This document shows, piece after piece, positions 39,501 to 50,259 of a stretch of 64,000 bases of DNA; position 1 is the stretch's first letter, and each line of letters opens with the position of its first letter. The notes below the pieces were generated by a model. It worked only from the letters and a program-made list of their open reading frames with translations, ran no database searches and was not told the origin of the DNA. A program made the translations under genes and the position numbers. Origin of the DNA: Alphaproteobacteria bacterium (lineage in GTDB: Bacteria > Pseudomonadota > Alphaproteobacteria > Bin95); NCBI GenBank assembly GCA_964291285.2, contig OZ219786.1:1369675-1433674 (forward strand), written 5' to 3'.

Positions 39501-39758
39501 ACGACCAGCTCAGCACCAAGTATACCGTCGATTGGCAGGCCGACGGCCGCGGCGTTTATATCGTGCTTTGGTTCGGCGACGTTCCCGGCAAGAACTTGCC
39601 GAAGCATCCCGACGACCTTCCTCGTCCCGGGACGCCCGGGGAACTGGAAGGGATGCTGAAGGATCGATTGCCGGAGGCCCGACGCTCGTTGATCGATATC
39701 TTCGTCATCGACCTCAGCCGGCCCGCCCGGACGGCCTGATCCCGAGTCCGGGGTCGCA

Positions 39759-42746
39759 CTACATCTCCATCTCGAAGCCGCGCGATCCCCGGGACTTGTC
39801 CAGTTCGGCGACTCGTTCAGGCTCTGGCGCCTTGTCAGGCTCGGGCTCGCGGCCCTTGTCTTGCGACTCGCCCCGGGTTCCGGCAGGCCGCTCCGGCACT
39901 GCCCCCGGTCCGCGCCCACGCTCCTTCTCGTCGCCGCGCGCCTTCTCTTCGGCGAGCGCCTTCTCCGCCGCGCCGATTCCTTCGAGCGCGGAGACCCGCT
40001 CGCCGGTAGCGGCCTCCAGGGTCTCGCGGAGCGTTTTCGCATCGTCCGTGACCAGCGTCGCATTGTGGCGGGCGCGGCTGATCTCGACGTAGAAGCTTTT
40101 CTGCGTCGACAGTTTCGGGTGTTTCGCCTCCATCACCGCGATCACGTTGTCGACGGTGCGCCCCTGGAAGGCATGCACGGTCGAGGCCCAGGCATGGTCG
40201 AGATGGCGCAGTTGCGGGTCGCTCTTGCCGAGTTCCAGCGTCCGGCCGTCGCCGAGCCGGAAGGTAACCCGGTCGCCCCCGACCGCCGCCACTTCCGCCG
40301 TGTCGCTGTTGACCAGCCCGAGGCCGGTGTCGTTGCGCGTCCAGCGGATGCGGTCGCCGGCGCGGAGCTCCATGCTCTCGGTGCGGTAGACCTCGACCCC
40401 GCCGCGCTTCGCACCGACCCGGCGCGGCCGCCAGGGGACGGATTGTCCGTCCGGCCCCTCCAGCATCACCGTGCCCCTGGCCCCGTCGACACCTGCGACG
40501 CGGCGCTCGTCGCCCTTCGCGACGCCGAGGCTGCGATAGTCCCGGTGGAAGGCGACGACATCGCCGGGGACATAGTTCGCGGCAATCATCTTCTCGGCAC
40601 TTGTATAACCGTGGGAGACCAGCCGCTCAGCCTGATAAGCGGGGCCGCGGATGACGCCGTCGCGGGCGAGGCGCTCGCGGATGCGGCCGTTGATCCCGGT
40701 GCGGAGCGCATGGCTCGGCGCCATCAGCCCGGTGTTCTCGCGTTCGCGTGCGGAGAGCTTCAGCCAGCGCGCGGCGGCCGCGCCAGCGAGATTGTCCGGT
40801 TTCACCTCGGCAATGCGGTCGCCGAGCTTTCCGAAGGCCCTGCCGATCTCGCCGGCGAGGCTGGCGCGCACCGCCTCCTTCAGGTCGGCGTCCTTCTGGC
40901 GCATGATCTCGTCCATCACTGCCGTCTTCATGCCCGCCGCCTGCAACTGCGCGAAGGGCTTGCCCGCATCCACGGCATCAAGCTGCTTCCGGTCGCCCAC
41001 CAGCACCAGACGGGGGATGCGGATGGCGGCGGCGATCCGCAGCAGGTCGCGGGCCTGGACGGTCGAGGCGAGCGAGCCCTCGTCGACCACCAGCACGGTC
41101 TTGCGGAAGGCTGCACGCATTTCCCTGGCGCCCTTGCGGGTCAGCCGCCCCTCGGCGATGCCGGCATTGCGGGCAAGAAAGCGCTGCAGGGTCTCGGTCT
41201 CGATCCCGGCTTCGGCAGCCAATGTGCGCGCCGCCGAGGCGGACGGCGCGACGCCGATCGTGCGGTAGCCGCTCTTCGCGGCAAGCTGTCGGGCGCGGTC
41301 GAGCATGGTGGTCTTGCCGGTGCCGGCATAGCCCTGCACGCCGACCACCCGGTCCTTCGACGACAGGATGGTCCTGACCGCCTCCGTCTGGCCCACGGTG
41401 AGGCGGCCGTTGTGCAGGAGCGGCCCCGCGATCCAGCTGCGCATCACGGGGCGCGAGGCGCCCTGGCCGCGTTCCATCAGCGCGATGGTCTCCTTCTCGT
41501 CCGCCACCGCCTTGTCGGTGGTGAGCGACTCGCCCCATTGCGGAAGGCCGCAGGCGTGCAGCGTGCCCGCCTTCTCCAGTCGCGCGACGGCGGCCTCTGC
41601 CTCTCCGATGGCGACCGATCCCGGTTTCCAGGCCAGCGCGGCGGCGAGCAGGTCGGTCTTCGCGAACACCGCCTCGCGCTCGGACAGGTGCTCCACCGCC
41701 CAGGCCATCGCGGCGTCCGCCGGGGATTGCGGCGGGGGATCGAACAGGTCGCCCTGGCGAACCGCCGCGCCGTCCGGTTCCGGCCCCCGACCGGACGCGC
41801 GATCCTTACCCGGAACGTCCCGGCTCCACGCCACCGCGTCGGCCGTCAGCGCCTTCGCGTCGAAGCCCGGCCCCTCCGCCTGGCGCTGCCACATCTCCCG
41901 CAGTTCGGCGCGGTCGACATCGCGCTTCGCCGCCCGGGTCATCAGCGCCGCGCGCTGGGCGGCGCGCTGGTTTTCCGCCGGCGTGCCCAGGCCGCGCCCG
42001 TCCAGCGCCGCCTCGATCTCCGCGCGGCGGGTGGAGAAGGTATCGATCACCTCCCGCGAGACGCCGGCGATCTCGAACCGCCCGTCGGCATGGGTCTTCT
42101 CCAGGCGATAGCCGAGCGAGGCAAGTTCCCGCGCGAGCTCGCCCCGGTAGAGCGCGCCGACCAGCATCTTCGAGAAATACAGCTTCTCGTTGGCCATGGT
42201 GCGCCACTTGCCGTCCTCGCCCTGCACCATGTTGGCGATCACCGCATGGGTGTGGAGCTGCGGGTCGAGATTGCGCGAGGTCTCGTGGGTGAAGGTGGCG
42301 ATCACCGCCTTCTGGTCCCCGGCGCGGACCATTCCCCCGCCGTTCGGCGCCTTCATCCGGGTCTCGATCACGTTCCTTTCGACCCAGGCAAGAGTCCGCT
42401 TCACCGCCCGGCCGTGCGCCTCGGCGACGCGGGCGTCGCCGCCCACCAGCGCGGCGAGGGAGACCGATTTCGGGGCCGAGAGGGTGAGGTCGCGGCCGGG
42501 CCGGTGGACGATATCGCCGTCCTTGCCGGGGCGGCCCAGTTGCGGGCCGTCCGGCACCCGGCCTTCAAGGATCGCGGTGAAGGCGTCCGGATCGACCGGG
42601 CCGGAAAGGCCCAGCGCCTTCGCACCCTTGCCGGCCCAGGCGCTGGCATCGCGGTGCTCGGCGGAATCCTTCGCGTAATAGCCGTCCCTCTCGTAGTAGC
42701 TCACGCCCTGGGACGGCGCGGCGACGGCGCCGATCGAGGCGACCAT
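39759..42746 (-). CDS. MOBF (TrwC/TraI-like) relaxase-helicase
   Basis: SYYERDGYY catalytic tyrosines, DLTLSAPKSVS, HETSRNLDPQLHTH, QGYAGTGKT, VVDEGS, STVHAFQG. Confidence 0.95.
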   Translation of the reverse strand: MVASIGAVAAPSQGVSYYERDGYYAKDSAEHRDASAWAGKGAKALGLSGPVDPDAFTAILEGRVPDGPQLGRPGKDGDIVHRPGRDLTLSAPKSVSLAALVGGDARVAEAHGRAVKRTLAWVERNVIETRMKAPNGGGMVRAGDQKAVIATFTHETSRNLDPQLHTHAVIANMVQGEDGKWRTMANEKLYFSKMLVGALYRGELARELASLGYRLEKTHADGRFEIAGVSREVIDTFSTRRAEIEAALDGRGLGTPAENQRAAQRAALMTRAAKRDVDRAELREMWQRQAEGPGFDAKALTADAVAWSRDVPGKDRASGRGPEPDGAAVRQGDLFDPPPQSPADAAMAWAVEHLSEREAVFAKTDLLAAALAWKPGSVAIGEAEAAVARLEKAGTLHACGLPQWGESLTTDKAVADEKETIALMERGQGASRPVMRSWIAGPLLHNGRLTVGQTEAVRTILSSKDRVVGVQGYAGTGKTTMLDRARQLAAKSGYRTIGVAPSASAARTLAAEAGIETETLQRFLARNAGIAEGRLTRKGAREMRAAFRKTVLVVDEGSLASTVQARDLLRIAAAIRIPRLVLVGDRKQLDAVDAGKPFAQLQAAGMKTAVMDEIMRQKDADLKEAVRASLAGEIGRAFGKLGDRIAEVKPDNLAGAAAARWLKLSARERENTGLMAPSHALRTGINGRIRERLARDGVIRGPAYQAERLVSHGYTSAEKMIAANYVPGDVVAFHRDYRSLGVAKGDERRVAGVDGARGTVMLEGPDGQSVPWRPRRVGAKRGGVEVYRTESMELRAGDRIRWTRNDTGLGLVNSDTAEVAAVGGDRVTFRLGDGRTLELGKSDPQLRHLDHAWASTVHAFQGRTVDNVIAVMEAKHPKLSTQKSFYVEISRARHNATLVTDDAKTLRETLEAATGERVSALEGIGAAEKALAEEKARGDEKERGRGPGAVPERPAGTRGESQDKGREPEPDKAPEPERVAELDKSRGSRGFEMEM

Positions 42747-43531
42747 CAGTAGAATTGCTCGCCCGGCTCGCGCCTGCGCACAACTGCCTTGCCGCCGGGC
42801 GCCTTGTCCGTCTTCGTCCTGTCCGGGCGGCTTTCGGGATCGGCGGGGGCCGTTTTGGCCGGGACTGCGGCATCGCCGGCCGGTTCCGCGCTCTCCGGCG
42901 ACGGCAGGCCCGGCGCCCGTGCCGGCGGCAACGATTCCCGATGCATTGCGGACCGCCCGGCGTCGCCGCCGCCCCCCGACAGCCGCTCGACCTCGGCAGG
43001 GGACACCAACAGCACGCCGACCCTGCCGCTCCGGCGGGCGAGCGCCGCGATCAGTTCGCCGTCGCTCCACCCGTCCGGGTGCTCCGTCCGGCCCGCGTAT
43101 CCGGGCCGGGCCCGCGGCGCCGGCTCCACGACCGTCCCGCGCCCGCCCACGAACCGCCGCAGGCGCACCGCGACCCCCACCCCTATCCACATCCCGAACA
43201 GGGCAAGCCCGGTGCACGCGCCCAGCACCGCGCGATCCGCCGTCAGGGAGAGTATCTTTCGGCGGGCCCACCACGCCTCGTCCATGACATGGGCGAGTGT
43301 ATAACGTTCTACAGTAACGGCTTCGCCGGCCGCCGTGCGGTAATCGACAACCCCGTAGTCGCTGAAGCCGGCGGTCAGCATGGCTTCGACAAGCGTGAAC
43401 TTCCAGGCCGCGTACCAGTCGTGCCCGGTCGTGCCGAGCGCAAGCGCGAGACCGGCGACCAGCACCGCCATGCCGGCGGCGCAGACCCCGGCCACCGCCA
43501 GCGGCATCAGCCATATGTCTCTGTCAGGCAT
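42746..43531 (-). CDS. Two-TM membrane protein resembling a coupling-protein (TraD/TrwB) N-terminus, without ATPase domain
   Basis: Two hydrophobic segments; occupies the trwB position, TGATG-coupled to the relaxase; no Walker A. Confidence 0.5.
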   Translation of the reverse strand: MPDRDIWLMPLAVAGVCAAGMAVLVAGLALALGTTGHDWYAAWKFTLVEAMLTAGFSDYGVVDYRTAAGEAVTVERYTLAHVMDEAWWARRKILSLTADRAVLGACTGLALFGMWIGVGVAVRLRRFVGGRGTVVEPAPRARPGYAGRTEHPDGWSDGELIAALARRSGRVGVLLVSPAEVERLSGGGGDAGRSAMHRESLPPARAPGLPSPESAEPAGDAAVPAKTAPADPESRPDRTKTDKAPGGKAVVRRREPGEQFY

Positions 43532-43564
43532 GACGGACATCCCCGCGTCCGGGGACGCCCGGGT

Positions 43565-44320
43565 TCACGGCGATGTCCGCCGCGCGGCCCCGCCCCCGGC
43601 GCCGACGCCTCCGTTCCGGCGTCCCCTGCGGCCGGCATCCCATGCCTCCAGGTCGGTCTCCGTGTAGCGCACGCAGCCCCCGAAGCGGTAATACCAGGGA
43701 CCCGCCCCGGTAATCCGGTACCGGGCCAGCGTGCACGGGGACAGCCCCAGCCGCGCCGCCGCCTCGCGGGTGTCCACATAGCCCCGGTCCTCGCGGCGCC
43801 GGGCCAATGGCTCCGGTTCAGGGTCACGGTCTTCGCGCCGGGCGGGCGGCTCCGGAGACGGCAGCGGGGCGCCGGTCAGGATCGCCGGCATCGCGCCGGC
43901 GCGGGCACGTATCTCGCGCCACTCGGCAGGGCTGGCGTGCGACTTCATCGCCGCGCGCACCGCTTCGACCGTTGCCAGCTTCGGCGACACGCCCCCGAGC
44001 AGCTGCGCTACGAAGGTAGGGTTGCCCGTCGCTTCCCGTCCCAGCAGCGAGCGCTTGACCCCCGTCACCGCGAGAAAGGCATCCACTTCCCGGCGAAAGG
44101 CGGGACCGGCCGGCGGTTCGCCCATCACGGCGAGCGCCCGGTCCACCGTCCCGAGACGCGGACTGCGGCCGTCGCGCAGCGAGGCGACAAAGCCGCGGTC
44201 GCGGTACACGGCGGCGCCGAACATCCCCGCGCTTGTTCCGTTCCCGGCGCACCAGGCCTCTATCGCCCGCAGAAACCGGGCCGCCAAGCCACCGGCCGAT
44301 CCTGTCTCCGATCCCTTCAT
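43565..44320 (-). CDS. Regulator/excisionase-like protein with duplicated N-terminal HTH and C-terminal HTH_17/AlpA domain
   Basis: YVDTREAAARLGLSPCTLARYRITGAGP...VRYTETDLEAW. Confidence 0.7.
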   Translation of the reverse strand: MKGSETGSAGGLAARFLRAIEAWCAGNGTSAGMFGAAVYRDRGFVASLRDGRSPRLGTVDRALAVMGEPPAGPAFRREVDAFLAVTGVKRSLLGREATGNPTFVAQLLGGVSPKLATVEAVRAAMKSHASPAEWREIRARAGAMPAILTGAPLPSPEPPARREDRDPEPEPLARRREDRGYVDTREAAARLGLSPCTLARYRITGAGPWYYRFGGCVRYTETDLEAWDAGRRGRRNGGVGAGGGAARRTSP

Positions 44321-44716
44321 GCGGAGACAGATAGGGGCAGCGGAGGGGTACGCAAACCGCTTTCGGTATGGCAATTCCTGCGTTTCATACCCCTGGCGCC
44401 GCATGGTGCCGCATGCCGCATCAGGGCGATGAAAAAAACTGGACCGGCGCCCCGAACGGTCCGGTGTGTCGATAGGGAAACTGGTTCGCCGCCTGAAACC
44501 GCCCGAAGTCTCTGCGCGGCATTCCGGGGATAAGCACGGCATCAAGCTTCCACCCCCGCAGCGTGGCGGCTACAGGCCGCCGACAGGCGCCGCGCGGAGT
44601 GCCGGGCATTTCGCCGGGTGCGGAACAGCAGGCGTTGACCCGCCGATGAGATGTGCCAAGCTGCAACGCACCCCTCGGCGACGAGTGGACGGCGGCCGGG
44701 AAAGAGAAGAGCATCC

Positions 44717-45157
44717 GTGAACATTCAGGCGCACGACGAACTCAAGGCCAGTATCTGGGAAATCGCGAACCGGCTCAGGGGGCCGTACCGGCCCCCGCAA
44801 TATCGGCTGGTCATGCTGCCCCTGGTCGTCCTGCGCCGGCTCGACTGTGTCCTGGAGCCGACCAGGGAGGCCGTTCTCAAGAAGCACAGGGAGCTTGAAG
44901 CGCAACAGATGCCCGCAGCGGCGATGGACCGCCTGCTTGGGAAGGCCGCCGACCCGAACCGGAAACACCCCCTCTACAACACCAGCCCCTACACCAGCCC
45001 CTATACCTTCGCCCGACTGCTCGGCGATGCCGAGAACATCGCGCCGAATCTCGGCTCGTTCATCAGCGGCTTTTCCCCGACCGCACGACGTATCTTCGAA
45101 CGCTTCAAGTTCGCCGACCAGATCGAGAAGCTCGACGCCAGCAACCGGCTCTTCGCA
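44717..45157 (+). pseudogene. hsdM: Type I RM methyltransferase N-terminal fragment
   Basis: SIWEIANRLRGPY...LPLVVLRRLDCVLEPT; truncated at NRLFA. Confidence 0.85.
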
Positions 45158-45175
45158 ATGGGGATTATATGCAAT

Positions 45176-47114
45176 GAGGCGTGTGCGCTGTTTGGAAGTG
45201 CTTTCTGAGCAAGGCATTGCGGAGGGTCTGGATTTTTCTTACCCCGTCAGGATGGCTGATTTCCGGGGTTTTTGCGGTTTGGAGGGAAAGGTTTTGTGGA
45301 TTTCCACCCCATGGCCGTGCGCGGGCTGGTTTTCGGGCGCGTCGCGTTGAGGCGCGGGACTGAGTAGAAGGTGTCGCCATCGGGCCTGCGGCCCTTGTTC
45401 CATCCACCGGCGCTGGTTGGGAGAACGTGATGGCGACAGCGGAGAAGTTAGCCTTTTCGTGGTGGTCTGTGGAGGGCCTTGCGGACCTTGAGCGTCTGCG
45501 TGTGGTGCTCGACACGCTTCCCGACGAGAAGGTTGTGGCGGCGCTTGAGGCGGGTCGAGGCCGGGGTCGCAACGACTACCCGGTGCGGGCGATGTGGCGG
45601 GCTCTGATCGCGGGGATCGTGTTCCAGCATGCCTCGATGCAGTCGCTGCTGCGTGAGCTGGGCCGCAACCCGGCATTGCTTGAGATTTGCGGGTTCGAGG
45701 CGCTGCCCTTGCAGGGTGCGCCGGTGGTGGCGCTTTGCGCAGGGCGCGCGGTGAGGCGTCCGGCGCCGTTGCGCTCGACGGTGCCGGGCGCCTGGAACTT
45801 CTCGCGGTTCCTGGGGCGCGTGGTGCGCCTTGAGGACGAGCGCGGCCTTGTGTCGGGGATGATCGGGCGTCTGCGCGCCTCGCTGTTCGAGGAGTTGCCG
45901 GACTTCGGTCGCCATCTCGGCTACGACGGCAAGGCGGTGGCGAGCCACTCGACGGGCCGGGTTGCCGGGGCCAGGGGGCAGACCTCGGACCCCGATGCGG
46001 ACTGGGGCAGGCACGAGACGGGCGGGGTGAACGCGAAGACCGGCGCGGTGTGGAAGAAGGTGAAGTCGTGGTTCGGCTACGGGCTGCACCTGATCGCCGA
46101 CACGGACCACGAGGTTCCTGTGGCCTTCGAGGTGACGCGGGCGTCGGCATCGGAACCCGGGGTGCTGTCCGGGATGCTGGAGGAGTTGTTCGCCGAGGCG
46201 CCGGAGATGGCCGGGCGCTGCGCCGATTTCAGCGCCGACCGCGGTCTCGACAACGCCCGCCTGAAGGCGCGGTTGTGGGACAGGTGGCATATCCGCCCGC
46301 TGATCGACACGCGCCTGATGTGGCGGGTCGAGAAGAAGGAGCCGGGCCATGACCCGGCCCGGCCGATCACGCGACCGCTGTTCCCCGGGCGCGCCGACGT
46401 CATCGTTCATGACGAACGCGGCCGGGTGTCCTGCGTGTGCCCGCAGACCGGCGAGGTCCGCGCCATGGCCTTCCAGGGGTTCGAGGTCGGGCGCGGCGTC
46501 TGCGGCACGCTCAAATACCGCTGCCCCGCAGCCGCCTTCGGCTTCGAGTGCAAGGGACGCCGGGCCTGCCATCGGGCGGGTGGGGTGAAGTCCGGCGAAT
46601 ACGGCCGCATCCTGCGCGTCGACCTCGACAGCCATGACCGGCGTATCTTCACGCCCACGCCCTGGGGCAGCCCGTCATGGCGGCGCGGATACAACCGGCG
46701 CACCGCCATGGAGCGGATCAACGCCCGCCTCGACCGCAGCTTCAACTTCGAGACCCATTACATCCGCGGACGCGCGAAGATGAAGACCCGCATCGGGCTG
46801 GCCCTGGCGGTCATGATGGCCATGGCGCTTGCACAGGCCCGCGCCGGACGCGTCGCACGCATGCGCTCCCTGGTCGGCCCGGCGCCATACCTCGATACCG
46901 GCTGACCCCTCAGCCGACTGCCGACAACGCTGACCCAACCCGCCGGACCCCGGCATACGGACAAACGCGACCGAAGGCCGGCGATGCTGCCGGGCTGGGC
47001 CGCTCAAGTTCGAAAAGCAACCGCGGCGACCGCCTCGAACGCCGGAACAAACAACATCAACACCCGGACCCAACGTCCCATCCGACCGGAAAAACCCCAC
47101 AGCGCAAATTTCTC
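45176..47114 (+). mobile_element. 1.94-kb IS copy 3 (intact, opposite orientation)
   Basis: Same IRs; 7-bp TSD ATGCAAT. Confidence 0.92.
45427..46905 (+). CDS. DDE transposase (492 aa)
   Basis: Same translation as 23087-24565. Confidence 0.9.
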   Translation: MMATAEKLAFSWWSVEGLADLERLRVVLDTLPDEKVVAALEAGRGRGRNDYPVRAMWRALIAGIVFQHASMQSLLRELGRNPALLEICGFEALPLQGAPVVALCAGRAVRRPAPLRSTVPGAWNFSRFLGRVVRLEDERGLVSGMIGRLRASLFEELPDFGRHLGYDGKAVASHSTGRVAGARGQTSDPDADWGRHETGGVNAKTGAVWKKVKSWFGYGLHLIADTDHEVPVAFEVTRASASEPGVLSGMLEELFAEAPEMAGRCADFSADRGLDNARLKARLWDRWHIRPLIDTRLMWRVEKKEPGHDPARPITRPLFPGRADVIVHDERGRVSCVCPQTGEVRAMAFQGFEVGRGVCGTLKYRCPAAAFGFECKGRRACHRAGGVKSGEYGRILRVDLDSHDRRIFTPTPWGSPSWRRGYNRRTAMERINARLDRSFNFETHYIRGRAKMKTRIGLALAVMMAMALAQARAGRVARMRSLVGPAPYLDTG

Positions 47115-47163
47115 ATGCAATCCTTGACATTTTCTTCGTTCCCGAGGCGTGTGCGCTGTGGGG

Positions 47164-47566
47164 ACTTTTGATCGCGCGCGGCTGAATTTTGGCGCCCGGC
47201 TATCGCCTGCCCTGCCGCCACGTGGTTGCAGACTGCCGTGATCCGGCGCGAGGCAGGTACATTCGCCTCTCGAGTTACAATCTTCGAGCGCTTGACGCAC
47301 TGCTTCGGTCGGTCGTAGCTGAATCGACCTTCCACGCTCCGGTATACCAGCGCGGCAGGCGCCTGCCCGCCCGGAATGCGCAGGCTGTACAGTATGCACC
47401 CCTGCGGGCCAAGGTTTGCAGGAGTGTAGATGACGCCGTCTTCCACCACCGCCGCCACAATGCGCGGATCGATCGAAGTGGGCGTCCTGTCCGTCTCGCC
47501 CGGCCCCGCGCATGCGGTGCCCAGGGCCATTACGGGTCCCAGGGTGAAGAAAAACGCGCGGATCAA
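47164..47566 (-). CDS. Small putative lipoprotein downstream of the S8 peptidase (3' end uncertain)
   Basis: TTG start, hydrophobic leader with GTAC lipobox-like motif, Cys pair; frame runs into IS sequence. Confidence 0.4.
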
Positions 47567-47570
47567 CGGA

Positions 47571-50026
47571 TCACCACCTGATTCGGTATGCGAACCCGAT
47601 ACCGCTCTCCGATGCTCCGGGGACATGACCGGTATTCATCGAATGGCTGATCTCGACCGCGACGTTGCCACCGGGGGCTTCGCGCTCGTGAGACAGGGCG
47701 AAGCGCACCGCTCTCGCATCGGGCCGCAGCGGAATACGGTACTCGTCACGAAGTCTTCTGCCGCTCTCCATGCGCCCGTTCTCGACACGAAACGTTCCGG
47801 TTCCCGACTCTGCCCGCAGTGGCTGCTCGACCGTCAGTCCCGTGCTTGCGGTACCTATTCGCATCGACGCCGCTGACATTACCGAGGGCGAAGCCGAGAA
47901 TATCGCGTCATCCTCGTACCGCGGCCTGCTCCAGGCCAAGGTGCCTTCGGCATGCAGCGTCCAGCCACTACCCAGCTCCTGCCCGAATGCACGCGACATC
48001 CAGATCATGCCGGAGCGAAGGTCCGAGCCGAATGCGCCCCCGGTTTCGGAGCCAAGATATCCCGCACCATCGAAGCCGAGGCCGTAGCCCCACCCACTGG
48101 CATGCGGTCGGCGCGCGAGGCTCACCGAGGTCCGGCCAAGCCCCAGAACCCACTCCTGTTCGCCCGGAAAAGCGCGCCCTGCCGCGCCCTTCAGCACTGC
48201 CCAATTCAGACCGAGTGCGCCCAGGCCGGCGGCTGGCATATCGACCTGTTCCGTGTCCGTGCTCGCGAATTCGGGGATCGTCGAGCGGCTGTCCGACCGC
48301 GCGGAGACCAGCCCTGAGAGGGGCACCCAGAACGGGAAACCCTGCTGATCGAACGCCGCCAGTTCGACGTGGGCGACCCGCTGCGCGACCGAGCCATACG
48401 CGGCAGGGGGGCGAAGCCTCGTCAGGCCGAGCGACCGCGCCGACTGACCCGTATTGAGAGGGCCAATCGGCGAGAGCGCGGCGGCAATGTCCAGATGCCC
48501 CGCGCCATAGGTCTCGGCGTCCGCATAGATCCCGCTCCGATCGGCGGTATCGATCATCCGCCTCACAATCTGCGTGTTTCCGCGCGTCCCCCGGAAGTGC
48601 TCCTTGAGCAGCGCCAGTGCGCCGGAAACGATGGGTGCCGCAAAGCTCGTGCCGTTCAATCCTTCTCTTGCAGCGCCGCGTCCGGGCCGGTTCGGGTCCG
48701 GAACGAGGCCGCGCACCGTGCCCGGGGCGACCAGGCAGTAGTGCCTTCCATGGCGTATGGCACTCCAGTCGGGCGGAAGAGGTCCGCACCGGTTGGAATA
48801 GCTCGCGATACGCCTCGTTTGCGGGTCCGTTGCCGCCACGGCGATGGTGTGCCCGCGCAGCTCCGGGTAAACGAAGGGCAGGAGGGCTCCGAGGCCCGGC
48901 TGCGGTGCACTCTCATTGCCCGCGGCGTATACGATGATGGTCTTGTCAGCGTCGCGTCTGTCGGTTTGCAATTCGGCCCTGAGGGTATCCGGCATATTTG
49001 CACGGTACCACTCCACCAAAGCATCGGTGGCGCGCACGTTGTCGAAAAGCGTGAGAAGGTTTGTATTCGGTATTCCATAGGACCGGTTGATGATGTCGAA
49101 TTTTGCGTATTGAGTCCGCACCACATCCGCGGTCTCCCGGTCGAGCCGCCGACGCTCTGCCAACGGCAGCCTTCCTATCTGGCGTTGCAGTTGCGTATTC
49201 GCAACGGCCTCCGCGGACTGATCATTCGTCAGGTTCGTCGCAACCGGAATGATGGTGGCTTCCGGGGCGACACCGAGGTTGGTGCCCGCGGCGACGGAAG
49301 CCACGATGGTTCCGTGCTCCCCTTGGCCATACGGTGTCGGGAGTTCGTGCCACCGGAGCCATTCGCGGATGGTGCCGTCCCGGCTGTAATACTCATCAAG
49401 AAAGAAAGCGCTGTCGTCGCGCGTGGACCAGCCGTCTTCACGGACAATTTGCTGTACCCACCGGTTGTGCGCTTCCTCGTCGCCCTGGCTGTTGCCTCGC
49501 CGAATGCGGCATGTGCCGCTTGTGCGGCAACGCCAGACATCGCTGAACGGCTCATCCCCGAACGGATGCTGAAGGACAGTTTCGCGCCATCCATATCGCG
49601 CAGCCGGACCCTGCTCCCGAACTCGGCACTCTGCGTATAGTCAACGATGCTGTCCTCAATCCCGATGCGTACGCCACGGCCGGTCAGGCCCCTGGCGTAG
49701 GCATGGTGAGCGCCGATCTGCTCCAGCACGACGGGCTGATCCGTCGTGAAACGGGCCGTGCCAAGATGATACGTCGGGTCGGCTGTCGCCGACGGGGGCG
49801 GAGACTGACGATCGGGAGGCAACAGTGGCGTGCCCGGACTCGGCTGCTTCCCTCCTCCCCCGCCGCCGCAGGCGGCGAGCAGAAAACCGCTGATGACCAG
49901 TGTGACCGTCGTGATGCGTCCGATGCCGCTCAACGTGTCGCTGCCCTGGCCGCTGAACAGACGGTCGTTGTCTGAACCGCCCTCGACCGCGTCATCTCCG
50001 TTGCAGCCAGTACGCTCGATAGCCAT
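47571..50026 (-). pseudogene. S8 subtilisin-like outer-membrane peptidase with a frameshift near 49570
   Basis: LAAC lipobox, GVRIGIEDS (Asp), EHGTIVASVAAG (His), AAGN, GTSFAAP (Ser), C-terminal barrel ending YRIRW; Asp and His lie in different frames. Confidence 0.82.
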
Positions 50027-50259
50027 CGCCCCCTCCTGATCCCTTCACGGACGAAGACTTATCCCCCCCCCCCGCCGTCAAGCAAGTCTGCCTCGATTCC
50101 CTGATACGCGCGGAAGGTGTGCCGGATTGAGGCTGGCGATGCGGATTTTCGTGCCCAGCGATGGCGTCGTCGGAGCGTCGAGAAGTCGGGTGATGTTCGT
50201 TCGCCTGTCAGCGCCGGCTGGACGGCGCGTTTGGCGGTTCGGCGGACGAGCGGTCTGCC

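Larger units (their letters stand above)
19492..39739 (+). pseudogene. STAND/NACHT-like ATPase with C-terminal PD-(D/E)xK nuclease, split in three (19492-20230, 21457-22877, 37823-39739)
   Basis: Walker A GDPGLGKT, Walker B IVVDGLDE, FTHVHRVIAEYL, C-terminal RADI...PIEIKGQW; excising the insertions gives one 4077-bp frame. Confidence 0.85.

Noticed and set aside
22878-47114. Inversion between oppositely oriented IS copies
   Set aside because: Each insertion retains matching TSDs and the STAND gene parts are collinear, so no inversion has occurred.
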